Shown here: one piece after another, positions 18,276 to 22,092 of the stretch
How positions within the stretch are numbered: position 1 is the first letter of the stretch
Layout of the letters: the number at the start of each line of letters is the position of its first letter
From: Octopus sinensis
Lineage: Eukaryota
Length of the DNA: 22,092 nt
Direction of reading: 5' to 3'
NCBI RefSeq assembly: GCF_006345805.1
Contig: NW_021823674.1
Coordinates: 1-22,092, forward strand
Position numbers and translations under genes: made by a program
Notes under the pieces: generated by a model
Databases searched by the model: none
The model's input: the letters and a program-made list of their open reading frames with translations, nothing else
Told to the model about the DNA's origin: nothing

Positions 18276-19632
18276 ATTTGAGGGAGATTTGGCTGCTATT
18301 TCTACCAGGTCTAGCCACCATGTAGAGGTCTCCCTCATTGGCTCATACATACATATATACATAGATAGGAGAGTAGAGTGTGATTTGAGGGAGATTTGGC
18401 TGTTATTTCTAGCAGGTATAGCTACCATGTAGTGGTCTCCCTCATTGGCTCATACATACATATATACATAGATAAGAGAGTAGGGTGTGATTTGAGGGAG
18501 ATTTGGCTGCTATTTCTACCAGTTCTAGCTACCATGTAGTGGTCTCCCTCATTGGCTCATACATACATATATACATAGATAAGAGAGTAGGGTGTGATTT
18601 GAGGGAGATTTGGCTGCTATTTCTACCAGTTCTAGCTACCATGTAGTGGTCTCCCTCATTGGCTCATACATACATATATACATAGATAAGAGAGTAGGGT
18701 GTGATTTGAGGGAGATTTGGCTGCTATTTCTACCAATTAGCTACCACATGTAGTGGTCTCCCTCATTGGCTCATACATACATATATACAGATAAAGAGAG
18801 TAGGGTGTGATTTGAGGGAGATTTGGCTGCTATTTCTACAAGTTCTAGCTACCATGTAGACGTCTACCTTATTGGTTCATACAGATGTACATATATGAGA
18901 TAGTAGGATGCGATTTGAGGGAGATTTGGCTGCTATTTCTACCAGTTCTAGCTACTGTAAGAGGTCTCCCTCATTGGCTCATACATACATATATACATAG
19001 ATAAGAGAGTAGGGAGTGATTTGAGGGAGATTTGGCTGCTATTTCTACCAGTTCTAGCTACCATGTAGAGGTCTCCCTCATTGGCTCATACATACATATA
19101 TACATAGATAAGAAAGTAGGGAGTGATTTGAGGGAGATTTGGCTGCTATTTCTACCAGGTCTAGCTACCATGTAGAGGTCTCCCTCATTGGCTCATACAT
19201 ACATATATACATAGATAAGAGAGTAGGGAGTGATTTGAGGGAGATTTGGCTGCTATTTCTACCAGTTCTAGCTACCATTTAGATTCTCCTCATTGGCTCA
19301 TACATACATATATACATAGATAAGAAGTAGGGAGTGATTTGAGGAGATTTGGCTGCTATTTCTACCAGGTCTAGCTACCATGTAGAGGTCTCCCTCATTG
19401 GCTCATACATACATATATACATAGATAAGTGAGTAGGGTGTGATTTGAGGGAGATTTGGCTGCTATTTCTACCAGTTCTAGCTACCATGTAGAGGTCTCC
19501 CTCATTGGCTCATACATACATATATACATAGATAAGAGAGTAGGGTGTGATTTGAGGGAGATTTGGCTGCTATTTCTACCAGGTCTAGCTACCATGTAGA
19601 GGTCTCCCTCATTGGCTCATACATACATATAC
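18276..19632 (-). repeat. 107-bp satellite array 3 (about 12.7 units)
   Basis: Reverse complement of the array 1 unit; tttgagggagatttggctg recurs about every 107 bp. Confidence 0.95.
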
Positions 19633-19835
19633 ACATCTCTTTCTTTCTCTCTCTCTCTCCCTATATATATATGAACAGACACATTTGAATAGGGATTCTA
19701 ATTATTGAAAACATACTAAAATAAACTTTGGTACACAGTTACTCCTCCATCTTGTAACCTACCAAGCTATCCCAACCTTGCTAGCAAAGAAACTAGATAT
19801 TAAATGATTTTATATAAACATATAAAATGCTCGAA

Positions 19836-20057
19836 CCGATCGTGACCGATGCCGGACCCTCCGGCCCCTGTGCAGGTGGCACGTAAAAAGCACCCAATCC
19901 ACTCTCGGAGTGGTTGGCGTTAGGAAGGGCATCCAGCCGTAGAAACTCTGCCAGATTCAGACTGGAGCCTGGAGCGGCCCCTGGCTTCCCAGACCCGGTC
20001 GAACCGTCCAACCCGTGCTAGCGCGGAAAGCGGATGTTAAACGATGATGATGATGAT
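19836..20057 (+). mobile_element. Family D element
   Basis: gtggcacgtaaaaagcac...aggaagggcatcc...gttaaac(gat)n. Confidence 0.85.
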
Positions 20058-20264
20058 ATACTTTCTTTTATGTGGGTTAATAAGGCTACCAATGGTTTCA
20101 TGCAGTGGGATACCTCTCACCAATTATCAAACCTGCCATGTGGGAACAATGGGAATCGTCTCCAACTTGAAGGAGAATACGCAAACATACACGTGACTGT
20201 ACAGGACTTGGAAAAAAATACATAAATATATAGGTCATGGGAGGTAACTTATAGGAGTGTACGC

Positions 20265-20303
<39 letters not shown>

Positions 20304-20307
20304 TATT

Positions 20308-20760
20308 ATCATCATCATCATTTAACGTCTGTTTTCCATGCTGGCATGGGTTGGATGATTTGGCTGAAGGCTGGCGAACCAGATGGCTGCACCAGGCTCC
20401 AATCTTGATCTGGCAAGGTTTCTACAGCAGGATGCCCTTCCTAATGCCAACCACTCTGAGAGTGTAGTGGGTGCTTTTAAAGTGCCACCGGCACAGGTGC
20501 CAGTCAGGCGGTACTGGCAACGGCCACGCTCAAATGTTGCTGCTTATGTGCCACCTGCACAGGTGCCAGTCCAGCGGCACTGGCAACGATCTCACTCGAA
20601 TGTTTTTTTCATGTACCACCAGCACAAGTGCCAGTAAGGCGACGCAGGTAACAAACATGCTCAAATGGTGCCTTTTACGTGCCATCGGCACAGAGGCCAG
20701 CTTGTTGCTCTGGCAACAATCTCACTCGTATGGTACTCTTAGCGCTCCACTAGCAACGGA
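20308..20760 (-). mobile_element. Family D element with about four upstream hairpin sub-repeats
   Basis: (atc)n ttaacgtc...ggatgcccttcct...; gtgccacc/gtaccacc/gtgccatc modules about 65-70 bp apart. Confidence 0.82.
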
Positions 20761-20792
20761 TCCAGTCACCGAATTTGATTTCAAATTCGATT

Positions 20793-20841
20793 TATATATA
20801 TATATATATATATAATATATATATATATGTGTGTATATATG

Positions 20842-20878
<37 letters not shown>

Positions 20879-20893
20879 GTGTATATATGTGTA

Positions 20894-20925
<32 letters not shown>

Positions 20926-20980
20926 GGGTGTGTATATATGTGTATAATATATAATATATATATATATATATATGTGTGTA

Positions 20981-21033
<53 letters not shown>

Positions 21034-21088
21034 ATATATGTGTATATATATATATATATATATAATATATATATATATATATAATATA
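20793..21088. repeat. Compound (TA)n microsatellite
   Basis: Direct reading. Confidence 0.95.
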
Positions 21089-21185
21089 ACAGGAAGGTTT
21101 ACCAAAATAAACAAAAGACGAAGGCAGGTGGAGTACAAACAAACAATTGTATTAGTATGGCGCTCAGGAATAGAATAGAAACAAG

Positions 21186-21222
21186 TCTTTTACGTTTTGA
21201 GCCTACGCTCTTCGACAGAGAC
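21186..21222 (-). ncRNA. Degenerate minimal HHR-like motif (core CUGUCGA, G12A, broken stem I)
   Basis: GUCU-CUGUCGA-A-GAGC-guag-GCUC-AAAA-CG-UA-AAAGAC. Confidence 0.4.
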
Positions 21223-21271
21223 CGTTAGCTCCTACACACATTTTTTTCTCTCCTTGTTTCTTTTCTGTGTA

Positions 21272-21309
21272 TCTTTCTGTTGAAGAGCGTAGGCTCGAAA
21301 CGTAAAAGA
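21272..21309 (+). ncRNA. Minimal type I HHR with variant core CUGUUGA
   Basis: UCUUU-CUGUUGA-A-GAGC-guag-GCUC-GAAA-CG-UA, cleavage, AAAGA. It has a 5-bp stem I, a 4-bp stem II and a palindromic ACGU in place of stem III. Only A6 deviates from the CUGANGA core. Confidence 0.65.
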
Positions 21310-21474
21310 CTTTTTCTATTTCTATTCCTGAGTGCCATACTAATACAATTGTTTGTTTGTATTCCACCTGCCTTCGTCTTTTGTTTAATTTCGTAAACCT
21401 TCCCGGACCTCGTGTGTACCATTGGCGATTTTTTTTCTTCTGTCTTCCCTTCTCGGGATCTTTCCTTCTCCTAT

Positions 21475-21509
21475 GTTTCCAACGAGGAGCTCCGCTCGAA
21501 ACGTTAGAC
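21475..21509 (+). ncRNA. Minimal HHR-like motif with variant core CCAACGA
   Basis: GUUU-CCAACGA-G-GAGC-ucc-GCUC-GAAA-CG-UU-AGAC. Stem I stays paired (U-G here, U-A in the 1901-1935 copy). Confidence 0.5.
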
Positions 21510-21607
21510 CCTCCTTCTTTCCTTCTTTCCTGAGCGTCCAATAATACTATATTTGTTCCACGTCCTCGCGTGTTTGTGTTTTTTTGTGCTTTCTTGTTTG
21601 GATTAAC

Positions 21608-21629
21608 TATATAATATATATATATATAT

Positions 21630-21692
<63 letters not shown>

Positions 21693-21712
21693 TATACGTA
21701 TATATACATACA
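21608..21712. repeat. (TA)n microsatellite
   Basis: Direct reading. Confidence 0.95.
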
Positions 21713-21739
21713 TACAGGGGTGGACAAAATATTGGCTAG

Positions 21740-22092
21740 CTAGCTTTAGAGACAGACAGGGAGCTTGGTAGATATATAGATGCACATACAGGCAGACATT
21801 CAGACTGACTGGCAGGCAGACATGTAGATGCACAAGCAGATAGAGAGATACTCAGCCAGGCAGGCATGTGGGCAGACAGACACTCAGGCAGACAAACAAA
21901 TAGAGACAGACAGACAGACAAATACTCAACTGGACAGACAGACAGACAGACAGGCAGATGCTCAGACAGACAGATGAAGACACACAGACAGACAAATAGC
22001 TTGACACAGACACTGACAAACAGATAATCAGACAGACAGACAGACAGACAGACAGACAGGCAGACAAATACACTGAGACAGACAGACAGACA
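21740..22092. repeat. Degenerate (AGAC)n-rich low-complexity tract
   Basis: Direct reading. Confidence 0.9.

Larger units (their letters stand above)
21092..21607. mobile_element. ORF-less element with three HHR-like motifs and a 128-bp inverted duplication (Penelope pLTR or retrozyme-like)
   Basis: Arms 21092-21219 (-) and 21276-21403 (+) are about 90% identical by eye, with a 56-bp spacer. The plus strand carries two diverged modules about 200 bp apart. TA tracts lie on both sides. Confidence 0.75.

Noticed and set aside
18276-19632. Hammerhead within the 107-bp satellite
   Set aside because: No CUGANGA plus GAAA arrangement on either strand.
20060-20260. Possible small exon on either strand
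   Set aside because: Several alternative AG/GT pairs exist, none decisive, and no peptide is recognisable.
20770-20789. 9-bp perfect inverted repeat CGAATTTGA-TT-TCAAATTCG
   Set aside because: Single short AT-rich palindrome with no second copy or associated structure; plausible by chance or from B-box fragments.
21203-21541. 112-aa minus-strand ORF in the HHR element as a Penelope protein
   Set aside because: No RT or GIY-YIG motifs; a K/R-rich translation of a pyrimidine-rich strand.

Overview
This is eukaryotic, repeat-saturated non-coding DNA, most likely from an octopus or other coleoid cephalopod. That assignment is inferred from the tRNA-derived SINE families and the density of TA, TATG and AGAC microsatellites; no database search was run. 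No host protein-coding gene can be supported: the listed ORFs run through microsatellites, purine-rich tracts or SINEs. The only clearly protein-derived sequence is the 3' end of a decayed mariner transposase with its right TIR (807-988). The window contains at least five SINE-like families (labelled A, B, D, E, F here), and several occur as head-to-tail multimers (periods 184, about 180, about 155 and 96 bp). A 107-bp satellite occurs in three arrays. The most interesting signal is a set of hammerhead ribozyme (HHR) motifs. One is a type I HHR with a fully canonical core (1623-1704, minus strand). The others lie in a TA-microsatellite-flanked element with no ORF, of Penelope pLTR or retrozyme type (21092-21607, partial second copy 1811-2003). 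It is built from diverged ~200-bp modules, each carrying a minimal HHR fold with a recurrent non-canonical core (CUGUYGA or CCAACGA), and it includes a 128-bp inverted duplication. All coordinates were counted by hand and may be off by a few bases at repeat edges.
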